Shown here piece after piece: positions 9,952-23,809 of a stretch of 64,000 nucleotides of DNA (position 1 is the stretch's first letter; each line of letters starts with the position of its first letter). Source of the stretch: an uncultured Gemmatimonadaceae bacterium (lineage in GTDB: Bacteria; Gemmatimonadota; Gemmatimonadetes; Gemmatimonadales; Gemmatimonadaceae); the NCBI GenBank assembly GCA_963761305.1, contig CAVXGK010000002.1:96001-160000 (forward strand), in the 5' to 3' direction. A program made the position numbers and the translations under genes. The notes beneath the pieces are model-generated. The model saw nothing but the letters and a program-made list of their open reading frames with translations, searched no databases and was not told the DNA's origin.

Positions 9952-11913
9952 TTACAGCTCGATCCTCGTGCCCAACTCGACGACGCGGCTCGGAGGAATC
10001 CCGAAGTACAACGAGGCGCTGCGCTCGTTGCGCTTGAGCCAGCGAAAGAGCATCACGCGCCAGCGGAACAGGCGGCCTCGATCGCTCGTCGAGGGCGGAG
10101 GCGGGACGACGGTCAACCGTCCGAGGTAATAGGTCGTTCGCGGCGGGTCGTCGGGAATGAATGGGGCGCCGTTCGCGCTGGACATCCGGGCGGCGCGCTT
10201 GATGATGCGCGGGACGTCGGGCTCCTCCATGAACCCGTAGTGCGCGACGACCGTGTTGAACCCGAGGCGCAGCTCGGCCAGGTCCATGCGGTCGGCATCG
10301 CGCACGCGAGGCACTTCCTCGGTGGAGACCTTGAGCAGCACCACCGTTTCGTGCAGCACCTGATTGTGTTTCAGATGATGCATCAGCACGAGCGGCACGA
10401 TGTCGACGTCGGGGGCGAGAAACACGGCCACGCCGTGCACGCGCTGCGGCGGGTCGCGCGACAGGCTCGTGAGAAAGTCCTCAATCGGCATACCGCGGTC
10501 GCGCGTGGCGCGGACCAGACGCCGTTGGCCGACGTACCACGTCCACATCGTCGCGAACGTGAGCGCGCCGACGACGACCGGCAGCCATCCCCCGTCGAGG
10601 AACTTGAACGCGTTCGCGACGACGAACGAGACGTCGGCGATGAGAAAGCCGCCCGCCACCAGCACGACGCGCCACCGCGGCCATTGCAATCGGGTTCGCG
10701 CGACGATCCCGAAAAGCACCGTGGTGATCGCCATCGTCGTCGACACGGCGAGTCCGAAGGCGGCGGCGAGGCGGTCCGACGACCTGAATATGAGTACGAT
10801 GGCGATCGTCATGCCCAGCAGGAGCCAATTGAGACCCGGCAGGTAGATCTGCCCGATCACCGATCCGGACGTGTGCACGACGTTCATGCGCGGTGCGTAG
10901 CCGAGTTGGGCCGCCTGACGCGTCAACGAGAACACCGCGGCGATGAGCGCCTGCGACGCGATGATCGTCGCCGCGGTTGCCAGCGCCACCATTGGATACA
11001 GGCCCCAGGCGGGGACCATCGAGTAGAAGGGGCGGCTGGCCGCGGACGGGTCTCGCAGCAGAAGGGCCGCTTGTCCGAGATAGCTGAGCGTCAATGCCGG
11101 CAGTGCCAATCCGTACCAGGCGATGCGAATCGGCTGCGCGCCAAAGTGGCCCATGTCGGCATACAGCGCTTCGCCGCCGGTGAGACACAACACGACGGCC
11201 CCGAGAGCCAGAAAGCCTCGTGGCCCCGCGTGTGAGAAGAATCGCACGCCGTTCCATGGGTTGATCGCCGCCAGCGCGGCGGGATTCTGGGCGAGCGAGT
11301 GGACGCCCAGAATCGCGATCACGACGAACCACAGCGCGAGAATCGGCCCGAACACTTTGCCCACGCGTCCGGTCCCTCGCCGCTGCAACGAGAACAATCC
11401 GATGAGGATCGCGATGGTGAGCGGGACGACGTACCGCTGGAACGCCGGCGTCGCGATCTGCATGCCTTCGACGGCGCTGAGCACCGAGATGGCCGGCGTG
11501 ATCACACCGTCGCCGTAGAGCATCGCCGTTCCGAACAACGCGACGCCGATCGCGATCGTCGCTCGGTGGACGCGTCGCTGGGGTTCGCCAAGGAACAGGG
11601 CGAGCAGCGCGAGAATGCCGCCCTCGCCCCGGTTTCCCGCGCGCATGAGCACGGCGACGTATTTGAGGCTCACCATCAACACGAGCGCCCAGAGAAACAG
11701 CGACGCAACGCCGAGCACGTTTTCCGGCGTCGCCGCGACGCCGCGCTCGCCGTGAAACGCCTCCTGCATCGCGTACAACGGGCTCGTGCCGAGATCGCCG
11801 AAGACGATCCCCAACGCGCTCAATGCCACGCCGGCGAGGGCAGCCCGTGGAACGGACCGCTCTCGGGCGCGCGAGTCGGGAAGCGTGCTCGTTACAGCGA
11901 CCGACTGTGCCAC
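9952..11913 (-). CDS. kup: KUP/HAK/KT potassium transporter, copy 1
   Basis: GIVFGDLGTSPLY, GEGGILAL, GDGVITPAISVLSAVEG, EALYADMGHFG, YGFME, VVELG. Confidence 0.95.
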   Translation of the reverse strand: MAQSVAVTSTLPDSRARERSVPRAALAGVALSALGIVFGDLGTSPLYAMQEAFHGERGVAATPENVLGVASLFLWALVLMVSLKYVAVLMRAGNRGEGGILALLALFLGEPQRRVHRATIAIGVALFGTAMLYGDGVITPAISVLSAVEGMQIATPAFQRYVVPLTIAILIGLFSLQRRGTGRVGKVFGPILALWFVVIAILGVHSLAQNPAALAAINPWNGVRFFSHAGPRGFLALGAVVLCLTGGEALYADMGHFGAQPIRIAWYGLALPALTLSYLGQAALLLRDPSAASRPFYSMVPAWGLYPMVALATAATIIASQALIAAVFSLTRQAAQLGYAPRMNVVHTSGSVIGQIYLPGLNWLLLGMTIAIVLIFRSSDRLAAAFGLAVSTTMAITTVLFGIVARTRLQWPRWRVVLVAGGFLIADVSFVVANAFKFLDGGWLPVVVGALTFATMWTWYVGQRRLVRATRDRGMPIEDFLTSLSRDPPQRVHGVAVFLAPDVDIVPLVLMHHLKHNQVLHETVVLLKVSTEEVPRVRDADRMDLAELRLGFNTVVAHYGFMEEPDVPRIIKRAARMSSANGAPFIPDDPPRTTYYLGRLTVVPPPPSTSDRGRLFRWRVMLFRWLKRNERSASLYFGIPPSRVVELGTRIEL

Positions 11914-12001
11914 GTTGCCTCGCGAAATCGTCGCGCGATGTCCCTACATCTTCACGAGCCACGCCAGATTGATGCGCGCGCGGGCGATACGGCCGCGCTC
12001 C

Positions 12002-13018
12002 CTACCCACCGACGTGCAGCACGATGCCGGAATTGTCGATCGCCGCCTCGCCGCCCAGTGCGCCGATCAGGCGTGACGCAAGGATGATCGCCGCCGCCGC
12101 CGCCGCCGCATCGGTGCTCGATGGCGACGCGTCGCCCGACTGCTGGGTGCGAGCAACCGTCGGCGTAATCCGGATGATCGCGCGCACGCCGTCGCGCATC
12201 GTGGAAATCTTGAGCGGCACATCGGGCCCGGTGCGCTCAGCCGCCTCGACGGCGAACAGCGTCAGCGCTTCGGCGAGCCGCGTTCGGTCGGCGAGGACGC
12301 GCGGGAGGCCCGGCTCCAGCTCGGTTTCGGTCCGCGCGCCTTTTCGTTCGGCGGCGGCGCGCGCCAGTGGAAGAACGGAGCGGACGACGTCGTTCACCTG
12401 CACCAGCTCCCGTTGAACCGCCAACGCGTCGCGGTCGATGTCGGCGACCTGACCGAGGCGTCGTAGCGCGACATCGATGGCGTCGGACGCGGCTCGCGCG
12501 TCGCGGAGGAGCTCCTCCTGATTTTCATTCAGCTCGCCGAACGGACTCTCGAGCAAGATCTGGAGCGGCAGCCGAACGTCGTTGAGCTGACTGATTGCGT
12601 CGCTCACGACGCCGGCCAACATCGTCGCCTGCTGCTCGAGGCGTGCCGAGGCCTGTGCGTTCGTGCGCGCTCGCTCGGCCTCCGATGCTGAGAGGGCCGA
12701 ACCAAGGGTCCCGACGGCTCGCTCGATGCGATCGAGCTCGTTCGTCGGTCCGTGAACGCCGGACGCGTCTTCCGTCGAACGGGCGATTCGTGCCAAGCGA
12801 TCGGCGAAGTACCTGGAATTGATCCACGCGACGACCACCGAGACGAGCGTCAGTATAGTCGCGACCAGCAGAATCAGTTCGGGTGCAGCTCGGCCGGCCT
12901 GGCCGTAGTAGAACAGGCCAATCACGAGCCCCACGGCGAGTACCGAGGGGAGCACTCCGGCCGCCAGACGCCACGCGACCGATCGCGACACGGTGGGGCT
13001 GATCAACGTTACCGTCAT
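12002..13018 (-). CDS. Degenerate membrane histidine-kinase-like protein (no H-box His, eroded ATPase boxes)
   Basis: Start overlaps kdpD stop (ATGA); two TM helices, coiled coil, LQILLESPFGELNENQEELL and LPRVLADRTRL resemble HisKA/HATPase; His, N-box Asn and G boxes absent. Confidence 0.7.
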   Translation of the reverse strand: MTVTLISPTVSRSVAWRLAAGVLPSVLAVGLVIGLFYYGQAGRAAPELILLVATILTLVSVVVAWINSRYFADRLARIARSTEDASGVHGPTNELDRIERAVGTLGSALSASEAERARTNAQASARLEQQATMLAGVVSDAISQLNDVRLPLQILLESPFGELNENQEELLRDARAASDAIDVALRRLGQVADIDRDALAVQRELVQVNDVVRSVLPLARAAAERKGARTETELEPGLPRVLADRTRLAEALTLFAVEAAERTGPDVPLKISTMRDGVRAIIRITPTVARTQQSGDASPSSTDAAAAAAAIILASRLIGALGGEAAIDNSGIVLHVGG

Positions 13019-14205
13019 TCGTCCGCTCCCACCTCGAGTCGGCGCTCGCGAGGGCTGCGCAGCTCGCCGTCGTCGGCGGCGGAAACGACGAGCACGTCGA
13101 GTCCCGTGTGTGGCGCCATCAATCGCTCGACGATCGAGCCGCGCCGAAGGCGGTACCAACGCGACCGACTCGTTTGGCCGACGATTGCCATCGTCACGCC
13201 GCGCTCGGCGGCGAATCGCACGAGTGTCGCGGCAACGTCGTGGCCGTCGAGCTTCACGACTTCGGCGCCGAGCGATTGCGCGAGTTGAATGTTGTCGACG
13301 AGGTGTCGTTGAAGCGTGCTATCGATGCGATCGGGGCGCTCGCCGGGCGTCTGCACGTAGACGCAGAACCAATCCGAGTTGAGCCGGCCTGCGATGCGAC
13401 TCGCTTTTCGCAGCAGAATGCGCGAGAGCGGGGGATCGCTCGAGAGGCACGCCATCACGCGGTCGACCGTTCGGCGGCCCGGGCCGACGCCGCCGCTCTC
13501 CTGTCGGCGCACGATCTCCTCGCGAGAACGATCCACCGAGCTCGCCGTCTCGCGCAGCGCGAGCTCGCGCAGCGTCGTGAGATTTTCGTCGGTGAAGAAG
13601 TTCGCCAGCGCCGTCTCGATCTTGTCGGCGTTATAGATCTTGCCCTCGCGCAGCCGCTGGCGAAGGTCTTCGGCCGAGATGTCGAGATTGACCACTTGAT
13701 CGGCCTGACCGACGACCCAGTCGGGAACGGTCTCTCGGATCGTGACGCCCAGCTCCCGCTCGAGGACGTCGTTGAGCGACTCGATGTGCTGCACGTTCAC
13801 GGCCGTGATGACGTTGATGCCCTCGTCGAGCAGGAGGAGCACGTCCTGCCATCGTTTGCCGTTGCGCGCGCCGGGCACGTTGGTGTGCGCGAGCTCGTCG
13901 ACGATGGCCACCTGCGGACGTCGCGCGATCACGGCGTCGACGTCCATCTCCTCGAGCGTGACGCCTCGATACTCGATCTTGCGGCGAGGCACGACCTCCA
14001 GGTCGCCGATCTGCGCCACCGTCTCGACACGGCCGTGCGGCTCGACGAAGCCGACGACCACGTCGATGCCGCGCCGTCGCAGGTCATTGGCCTCTTGCAG
14101 CATCCGGTACGTCTTGCCGGTGCCGGCGGCGGAGCCGATGTAGACCTTGAGCCTTCCTCGTTCGCGCTGTCGGACGAGCGCGAGGAAGTCGCTGGTGCCA
14201 GTCAT
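13015..14205 (-). CDS. kdpD: Stand-alone KdpD N-terminal sensor domain + Usp domain
   Basis: GRLKVYIGSAAGTGKTY, VDELAHTN, KRWQDV, NVQHIESLND, LRELAL then Usp domain; no TM or kinase part; start 14205 or 14211. Confidence 0.93.
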   Translation of the reverse strand: MTGTSDFLALVRQRERGRLKVYIGSAAGTGKTYRMLQEANDLRRRGIDVVVGFVEPHGRVETVAQIGDLEVVPRRKIEYRGVTLEEMDVDAVIARRPQVAIVDELAHTNVPGARNGKRWQDVLLLLDEGINVITAVNVQHIESLNDVLERELGVTIRETVPDWVVGQADQVVNLDISAEDLRQRLREGKIYNADKIETALANFFTDENLTTLRELALRETASSVDRSREEIVRRQESGGVGPGRRTVDRVMACLSSDPPLSRILLRKASRIAGRLNSDWFCVYVQTPGERPDRIDSTLQRHLVDNIQLAQSLGAEVVKLDGHDVAATLVRFAAERGVTMAIVGQTSRSRWYRLRRGSIVERLMAPHTGLDVLVVSAADDGELRSPRERRLEVGADE

Positions 14206-14339
14206 CGCCATCACGATCGTCGCCCGGTGCGCGAAAGTCCATGGGACGTGCAAGCCGAAGGAGATCGGCGCCGCAGTGGTGGGCACGGTATCATTCTCCG
14301 TCGCCGCGCCGGCCCTCCCCGGCCGCCCACCTTCCGCGC

Positions 14340-15917
14340 ATGAACCGACCGGGCACCTTCGTTGTGCTGTCGCTGATCGCCGCGATCGTTTCGCTCGTCG
14401 CGCGGCGGTTGCGCGTGCCCTACACGGTCGCGCTGGTGGTCGCCGGACTGGCGGTCGGCTCCGCCCACTTGCTCACCGTACCGACCCTCACGCGCGACGT
14501 GATGTTTGGTTTGGTGCTCCCGGCGTTGCTCTTCGAGGCGGCGTTCGATCTGGACATCGAGGAGGTGCGTCGAGACGGGGTGACGCTGGCAGCACTGGCG
14601 GTACCCGGTGTCGTCGTCGCGATCGTCGCCACGGCGCTGGCGCTCTCGCCGCTGCTCTCCGCGTTCGGCGTTCCCGATGCGGCGACGCCGACGCGAAGCG
14701 CCGCGATCGTCTTTGCGGCGTTGATGTCGGCGACCGACCCCGTCGCTGTCGTCGCGCTGTTCCGAGCCCTGGCTGCGCCGCGCCGTCTTCAAGTAATCAT
14801 CGAAGGCGAGAGTCTGTTCAACGACGGCACCGCGATCATCTTCTTCACGCTCGCCGTCGCAAGCGCCGGCGCGGGCTTCTCGGCGTCCATCGTCGCCGAC
14901 TTCTTCTATATAGTCGGTGCGGCCATACTCGTCGGCGGTGCAGTCGGCGCGGTGTCGGCGGCAATGATTCGCCGGCTCAATGAGCCGACGCTCGAGGTGC
15001 TGCTCACCACGATCGCCGCCTATGGGTCGTTCGCCGCCGCGGAGGCCGTCGGCGCGTCGGGTGTCATCGCGACGGTGACGGCGGGTCTGATGAGCGGAAG
15101 TCGCGCCGGCCGCGGTGCGATGTCCGCCGCGGCGCGCATCGCGACCGCAACGTTCTGGGAGTACCTCGCCTTCGCGTTCAACTCGCTCGTCTTTCTCTCG
15201 ATCGGCTTCATGGTGAAGATCCCGACGCTGATCGCGAACTGGCGGGCGATCTTGGGCGCGTACCTCGTCGTATCGGTCGCGCGCGTGTTGGCGACGACCG
15301 GAATCGCCGCGCTGCTGCCCGCGCATCTGCGCCTTCCGCGACGCTGGACGGCGATTCTCTCGTGGGGCGGCTTGCGCGGGGCCCTGTCGATGGTGCTCGC
15401 GCTCAGCATCCCCGAGACCTTCCCGCAGCGCGACCTGCTCGTCACGATGACGTTCGGCGTCGTGGTCCTCTCGATTCTGATCCAGGGAATCACCGTCGGT
15501 CCCGCGTTGCGATGGCTCGGTCTCACTCGACCGGACTCCGCGCACTTCGCGTACGTCGACACGCAGCGGGCGCTGCTCAGCGCCCACTCTTCGCTCGAGG
15601 ACGTCGAGAGAACGGGGAACGTGGTGGCGGTCGACGACAGCATGCATCGCGCGTTGTCGGTCGAGTACGACGAATCTCTGGACCGGGCCGAGCGTGAGCT
15701 CGCGGTCCTCGCTGCGCAACTCGGCAGGGGCGACGGTTCGACGCGCGCCATCCGCAGGCTGCTCGTGAACGCCGAGCGTGAACGAGTGACCGCGGCGTTT
15801 CTGTCGGGCGCCATCGACGCCGAGCAGCGCGACCGTCGTCTCGCCGAGCTCCAGGCTCATTGGTGGGACGACGGCGCCGGCATCGGGGGCGGGGGCGGGG
15901 GCGGGGAAGCGCACTAG
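14340..15917 (+). CDS. CPA1-family Na+(K+)/H+ antiporter, copy 2
   Basis: SATDPVAV, EGESLFNDG, WGGLRGALSMVLALSIPETFPQRDLL; long identical blocks with 8387..9943. Confidence 0.92.
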   Translation: MNRPGTFVVLSLIAAIVSLVARRLRVPYTVALVVAGLAVGSAHLLTVPTLTRDVMFGLVLPALLFEAAFDLDIEEVRRDGVTLAALAVPGVVVAIVATALALSPLLSAFGVPDAATPTRSAAIVFAALMSATDPVAVVALFRALAAPRRLQVIIEGESLFNDGTAIIFFTLAVASAGAGFSASIVADFFYIVGAAILVGGAVGAVSAAMIRRLNEPTLEVLLTTIAAYGSFAAAEAVGASGVIATVTAGLMSGSRAGRGAMSAAARIATATFWEYLAFAFNSLVFLSIGFMVKIPTLIANWRAILGAYLVVSVARVLATTGIAALLPAHLRLPRRWTAILSWGGLRGALSMVLALSIPETFPQRDLLVTMTFGVVVLSILIQGITVGPALRWLGLTRPDSAHFAYVDTQRALLSAHSSLEDVERTGNVVAVDDSMHRALSVEYDESLDRAERELAVLAAQLGRGDGSTRAIRRLLVNAERERVTAAFLSGAIDAEQRDRRLAELQAHWWDDGAGIGGGGGGGEAH

Positions 15918-17842
15918 AGCTCGACCCGGGTTCCGAGTTCGACGACACGATTGGCCGGAATGCCGAAGTAGAGCGTCGCGCTGCGTTCGTTTCGCTTGAG
16001 CAGCCGAAAGAGTCTGACGCGCCACCGAAACATGCGGCCGGCGTCGGCGGTCGACGGTGGAACGACCGTGACTCGCCCGAGGAAATAGGTCGTGCGATTG
16101 GGATCGTTGGGAATCGGCGGACCATCGCCGGCGGCAGAAATCGCGGTTGCCCGCTCCATGATCTCGGGAACGTCCGTCTTCTGCATGAACCCGGAGTGCG
16201 CGACGACCGTGTGGAACCCGAGGGACAACGCACGGTGGTCGACGCGTCGCTCTCTGCTGACGCGTGGAACGTCCTCGGTCACGAGGGTGAGCAGCACGAC
16301 CGTCTCGTGCAGAACCTGGTTGTGTTTGAGATGATGCAGCAAGACGAGCGGCACGGCATCGGTGTCGGGGGAAAGAAAGACGCCGATGCCTCGCACCCGA
16401 TGGGGCGGATTGAGCGAGAGGCTCGTGAGAAAATCCGGAATCGGCAACCCGCGATCGCGCGTCGCGCGCGTGAGCATCTGCTGGCCGGTGTACCACGTGG
16501 ACATCGCGACGAAGACGACGGCGCCGATCACGACCGGAAGCCAACCGCCGTCGACGAACTTGAACGCGTTCGCCACCACGAACGCCACGTCCGCGACGAG
16601 AAATCCGCCCGCGACGGCGGCGACTTGCCATCGCGGCCACTGGAAGCGAACGCGCGCCACCGCCGCGAAGAGAATCGTCGTGATGGCCATCGTCGCCGAC
16701 ACGGCGAGCCCGAACGCCGCCGCGAGGCGATCCGACGACCGAAAGACGAGCACGATCGCGACCGTCGCGACGAGCAGCATCCAGTTGAGACCGGGGAGGT
16801 ACACCTGACCGATCGCGGAACCCGACGTGTGGACGACGTGCACGCGCGGCGAAAATCCGAGTTGGGCGGCTTGGCTCGTAAGCGAAAAAACGGCGGCGAT
16901 GAGTGCCTGTGAGGCGATGATCGTGGCAGCCGTCGCCAGAACGACCATCGGATAGAGAGCCCAGTCCGGCACCATCGAGTAGAACGGACGACTGGCGGCT
17001 TCGGGATGCTGGAGGAGAAGCGCCGCCTGACCCAGATAGCTGAGCGTCAGCGCCGGCAGCGCCAATGAATACCATGCAACGCGAATCGGTCGCGGGCCGA
17101 AGTGGCCCATGTCGGCGTACAACGCCTCGCCGCCGGTGAGGCAGAGCACCACCGCGCCGAGCGCGAGAAATCCGCGCGAGCCCGTGTGGGCGAAGAATCG
17201 GATGGCGTACAGCGGGTTGATCGCGACGAGGGCGCGGGGATTCTGTGCGAGCGAGTGAACTCCCAGCACGGCGATCACCACAAACCACAGCCCAAGAACG
17301 GGCCCGAACACGACGCCGACTCTCCCCGATCCGCGATGTTGTACCGCGAACAATCCGATGAGAATCACGATGGTCAGCGGCACGACGTACGGCTGAAAGG
17401 CCGGCGTCGCCACCTGGAGACCTTCGACCGCGCTCAGCACTGAAATGGCGGGCGTGATGATGCCGTCGCCGTACAGCATCGCCGTTCCAAGCAGACCCAG
17501 CCCGATGAACAGCGTCGCGCGACGCAGTGGTGTCGCGCGTTCGCCGAGCAGCAACGCCAGCAGCGCCAGGATTCCGCCCTCGCCGCGATTTCCGGTCCGC
17601 ATCAGGATCGCGACGTACTTGATGCTGACCATCAAGGCCAGCGCCCACAGGAACAACGACGCGATTCCTAGGACGTTCTCGGCGTTGGGTGCGACCCCGC
17701 GGCCAGGGTGAAACGCTTCCTGCAGCGCGTACAACGGACTCGTGCCGAGATCGCCGAAGACGACGCCGAGTGCGGTGAGCGCGAGCAATCCTAACGCCGC
17801 CCCCGTCGGGGCGCGCCTGTCGGTCGTGGTCGCGTAACTCAC
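15914..17842 (-). CDS. kup: KUP/HAK/KT potassium transporter, copy 2
   Basis: GVVFGDLGTSPLY, EALYADMGHFG, HHLKHNQVLHE; paralog of 9952..11913. Confidence 0.95.
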   Translation of the reverse strand: MSYATTTDRRAPTGAALGLLALTALGVVFGDLGTSPLYALQEAFHPGRGVAPNAENVLGIASLFLWALALMVSIKYVAILMRTGNRGEGGILALLALLLGERATPLRRATLFIGLGLLGTAMLYGDGIITPAISVLSAVEGLQVATPAFQPYVVPLTIVILIGLFAVQHRGSGRVGVVFGPVLGLWFVVIAVLGVHSLAQNPRALVAINPLYAIRFFAHTGSRGFLALGAVVLCLTGGEALYADMGHFGPRPIRVAWYSLALPALTLSYLGQAALLLQHPEAASRPFYSMVPDWALYPMVVLATAATIIASQALIAAVFSLTSQAAQLGFSPRVHVVHTSGSAIGQVYLPGLNWMLLVATVAIVLVFRSSDRLAAAFGLAVSATMAITTILFAAVARVRFQWPRWQVAAVAGGFLVADVAFVVANAFKFVDGGWLPVVIGAVVFVAMSTWYTGQQMLTRATRDRGLPIPDFLTSLSLNPPHRVRGIGVFLSPDTDAVPLVLLHHLKHNQVLHETVVLLTLVTEDVPRVSRERRVDHRALSLGFHTVVAHSGFMQKTDVPEIMERATAISAAGDGPPIPNDPNRTTYFLGRVTVVPPSTADAGRMFRWRVRLFRLLKRNERSATLYFGIPANRVVELGTRVEL

Positions 17843-17873
17843 GGCGCGCTGCGTCGCCGCTCTCGAGAATCGA

Positions 17874-19232
17874 TTACAGCTTGACCAACAGCGCGAAATT
17901 CAGCCGCGTCTCGGCCCGCAGCAGGTCCGGGAAGAATCCAGCGACGATGGACCCGGGCAGCCCCTGATTGCCACCGATCGGTGTGACACCGCCCGGTCCG
18001 GAGAAGTACGGCACGTTCGACTCGCGGTGATCGACCTCGACGCGGAACGTGGTGAACTGATCCGGCATGTAGTCGAACGTGAGCGAGAGGTCCCATGCCT
18101 TGAACACGTCGCCCGGATTCTCGGTGAAGTACGGCGTCCCCGAGAACGCGGTGGCGCCGTTGATCGGCGGCAGCAGCACGAGATATCGGCCCGGGTTGTC
18201 CATGGCACCGCCACCGAGGGTGAGGCCAAAATGATCGTGCGCAAACCAGGCGCGGTCATAGAGCATGTATCCGAGGAAATTCTGTCGCGGGTTGTTCAGC
18301 GCCCCGCCGCAGCTGACTCCGGCGCCGCTCTCGCACCCGGCGTCGGCCGTGAGCGAGAACGCGGCTTTGTCGAAGGCCTTCGTGCTATCGTCGTAATACT
18401 TGATCTCGAGACTGTTGTCCGTGTGAATGCGCCGCCGCTGCGGAACGCCGAGCAAGTCGTGCCCGTAGTAGTCGTTCGTGAGCATCGAGACCGCGCCGTT
18501 CGGCCGATACAGGATTTGCGCGCCCACACCCGGACTCGAGTTGAACATGCCGTACGACTGCCAGCCGTTGATCAGCCAAGGCTCGATCTTGAGATGCTCG
18601 GTCGGAAAGAACTGCGTGCGGATCCCGGTGAAGAACCACGGCGTGTTCGACGACACATACGAGGGCTGATACGACCAATTGTCGAAGTTGTAATAGCTGA
18701 AGAGGCCGACGTACGACAAGAAGATGCCGGCGTCGAGATTGATGCCGTTCATGACGTTCCAGTGCCGTCCGCCGTAGGCTTCCGACAGGTATCGATAGGC
18801 GTTGTCGAGTTGCCATTGGCCGCGCCCCGGGCTGGCATCGTTGCGCGGCGTCATCGTGGAGTACATGCCGAACTGCGTCATCAGACGCCCGCGCACGAAC
18901 CCACAATGAAAGTCGCCGCCGATACCGAGCTGTTGGACCTGCAATTCGCTCGTGCGCCCGGACTCCGATGTGCCGACGAGCGTGTGGTCCGACGGATTGT
19001 TGAAGTCTCTGATGAAACTCGCGTCGGCGCGAAACTCGCCCGTGAAGTAGGAGGTGCTGATCGGCGAGTCCGTCGTTCGCGGGTTGCCGTTGAGCCACGT
19101 GAAGTCGCCAAACGAGAACGGATCGGGCTTTTTGCCGGTGGTGTCGGTGCCGCACCCCGCCTGCGCACCAGCCACAGAGCCCACGAGCTGGAGACTCGCG
19201 CCGAGCGCGAGAACAGCCGGGAGTCTTTTCAT
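17874..19232 (-). CDS. Outer membrane beta-barrel (putative porin) in the kdp operon
   Basis: Signal peptide; aromatic-rich beta strands; PWFFTGIR and INGWQSYG motifs; start overlaps kdpC stop. Confidence 0.75.
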   Translation of the reverse strand: MKRLPAVLALGASLQLVGSVAGAQAGCGTDTTGKKPDPFSFGDFTWLNGNPRTTDSPISTSYFTGEFRADASFIRDFNNPSDHTLVGTSESGRTSELQVQQLGIGGDFHCGFVRGRLMTQFGMYSTMTPRNDASPGRGQWQLDNAYRYLSEAYGGRHWNVMNGINLDAGIFLSYVGLFSYYNFDNWSYQPSYVSSNTPWFFTGIRTQFFPTEHLKIEPWLINGWQSYGMFNSSPGVGAQILYRPNGAVSMLTNDYYGHDLLGVPQRRRIHTDNSLEIKYYDDSTKAFDKAAFSLTADAGCESGAGVSCGGALNNPRQNFLGYMLYDRAWFAHDHFGLTLGGGAMDNPGRYLVLLPPINGATAFSGTPYFTENPGDVFKAWDLSLTFDYMPDQFTTFRVEVDHRESNVPYFSGPGGVTPIGGNQGLPGSIVAGFFPDLLRAETRLNFALLVKL

Positions 19233-19810
19233 TTCTTGAATGCGCTGTCGAGCGCGATGTTGAGGAGGAGGACGTTGACGCGGGCTTCACCGAAGAAGCC
19301 GAACTGGCGGCCCTCGACGTGTGAGTCGACCAGCGCGCGGACTCTCGCCGAGTCCGCGCCGCGCGCGCGCACCACGCGCGCGACCTGCAGATAGGCGTTC
19401 GCCGGCGAGATGTGCGGGTCCAATCCCGAGGCCGACGACGTCACCATGTCGGCCGGAATCGCGCCCTTCACGGCGCCGTCGTTCTTGATGGCGCTGTCCA
19501 CCGCCTGGGCGATCAGCGTGTCCGCGAGCTTGTCATCCGTCGGGCCCTTGTTCGTGCCCGAGGAGGCGGTGGCATCGTACCCGTTGCCGGCCGCCGAGGG
19601 CCGCCCGTGGAAGTACTCCGGCCTGGTGAACGGCTGGCCGATCAGCGCACTGCCGACGACGCGCCCATTCACCGAGACGAGCGAGCCATTGGCCTGCCGC
19701 GGGAAGAGCATCTGCGCGAGCCCCGTCACGACGCCCGGATAGATCACGCCGGTGATGACGCAGAGCACCAGCGTCATCGCAATCGCGGGCCACAGTTGTT
19801 TGCGGAGCAT
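19229..19810 (-). CDS. kdpC: K+-transporting ATPase subunit C
   Basis: FPRQANGSL, GSALIGQ, YFHGRPSA, TSSASGLDPHIS, VNVLLLNIALD. Confidence 0.97.
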   Translation of the reverse strand: MLRKQLWPAIAMTLVLCVITGVIYPGVVTGLAQMLFPRQANGSLVSVNGRVVGSALIGQPFTRPEYFHGRPSAAGNGYDATASSGTNKGPTDDKLADTLIAQAVDSAIKNDGAVKGAIPADMVTSSASGLDPHISPANAYLQVARVVRARGADSARVRALVDSHVEGRQFGFFGEARVNVLLLNIALDSAFKK

Positions 19811-19815
19811 CGTCG

Positions 19816-21984
<2,169 letters not shown>

Positions 21985-21986
21985 GG

Positions 21987-23702
<1,716 letters not shown>

Positions 23703-23719
23703 TGGGGGGGACGCGACGG

Positions 23720-23809
23720 TCAGAACTTTTCGGGACGAAGCAGGGTGTACACGAGGTACACGAGAATGGCGACCGCCAGGATGCCGGCGATCCAGCTTTC
23801 GATGGTCAT
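23720..23809 (-). CDS. kdpF: K+-transporting ATPase subunit F
   Basis: [29 protein letters not shown], canonical YL..LL.PE.F; GAGGAGG RBS upstream. Confidence 0.95.
   Translation of the reverse strand: MTIESWIAGILAVAILVYLVYTLLRPEKF

Noticed and set aside
11914..12001. c-di-AMP (ydaO) riboswitch upstream of kup or kdp
   Set aside because: Leaders are short and I could not see the conserved motif; an Infernal search would settle it
8332..17648. Very long alternative ORFs (8332..11235, 14211..17648 and similar)
   Set aside because: Shadow frames of real genes caused by high GC; no recognisable motifs
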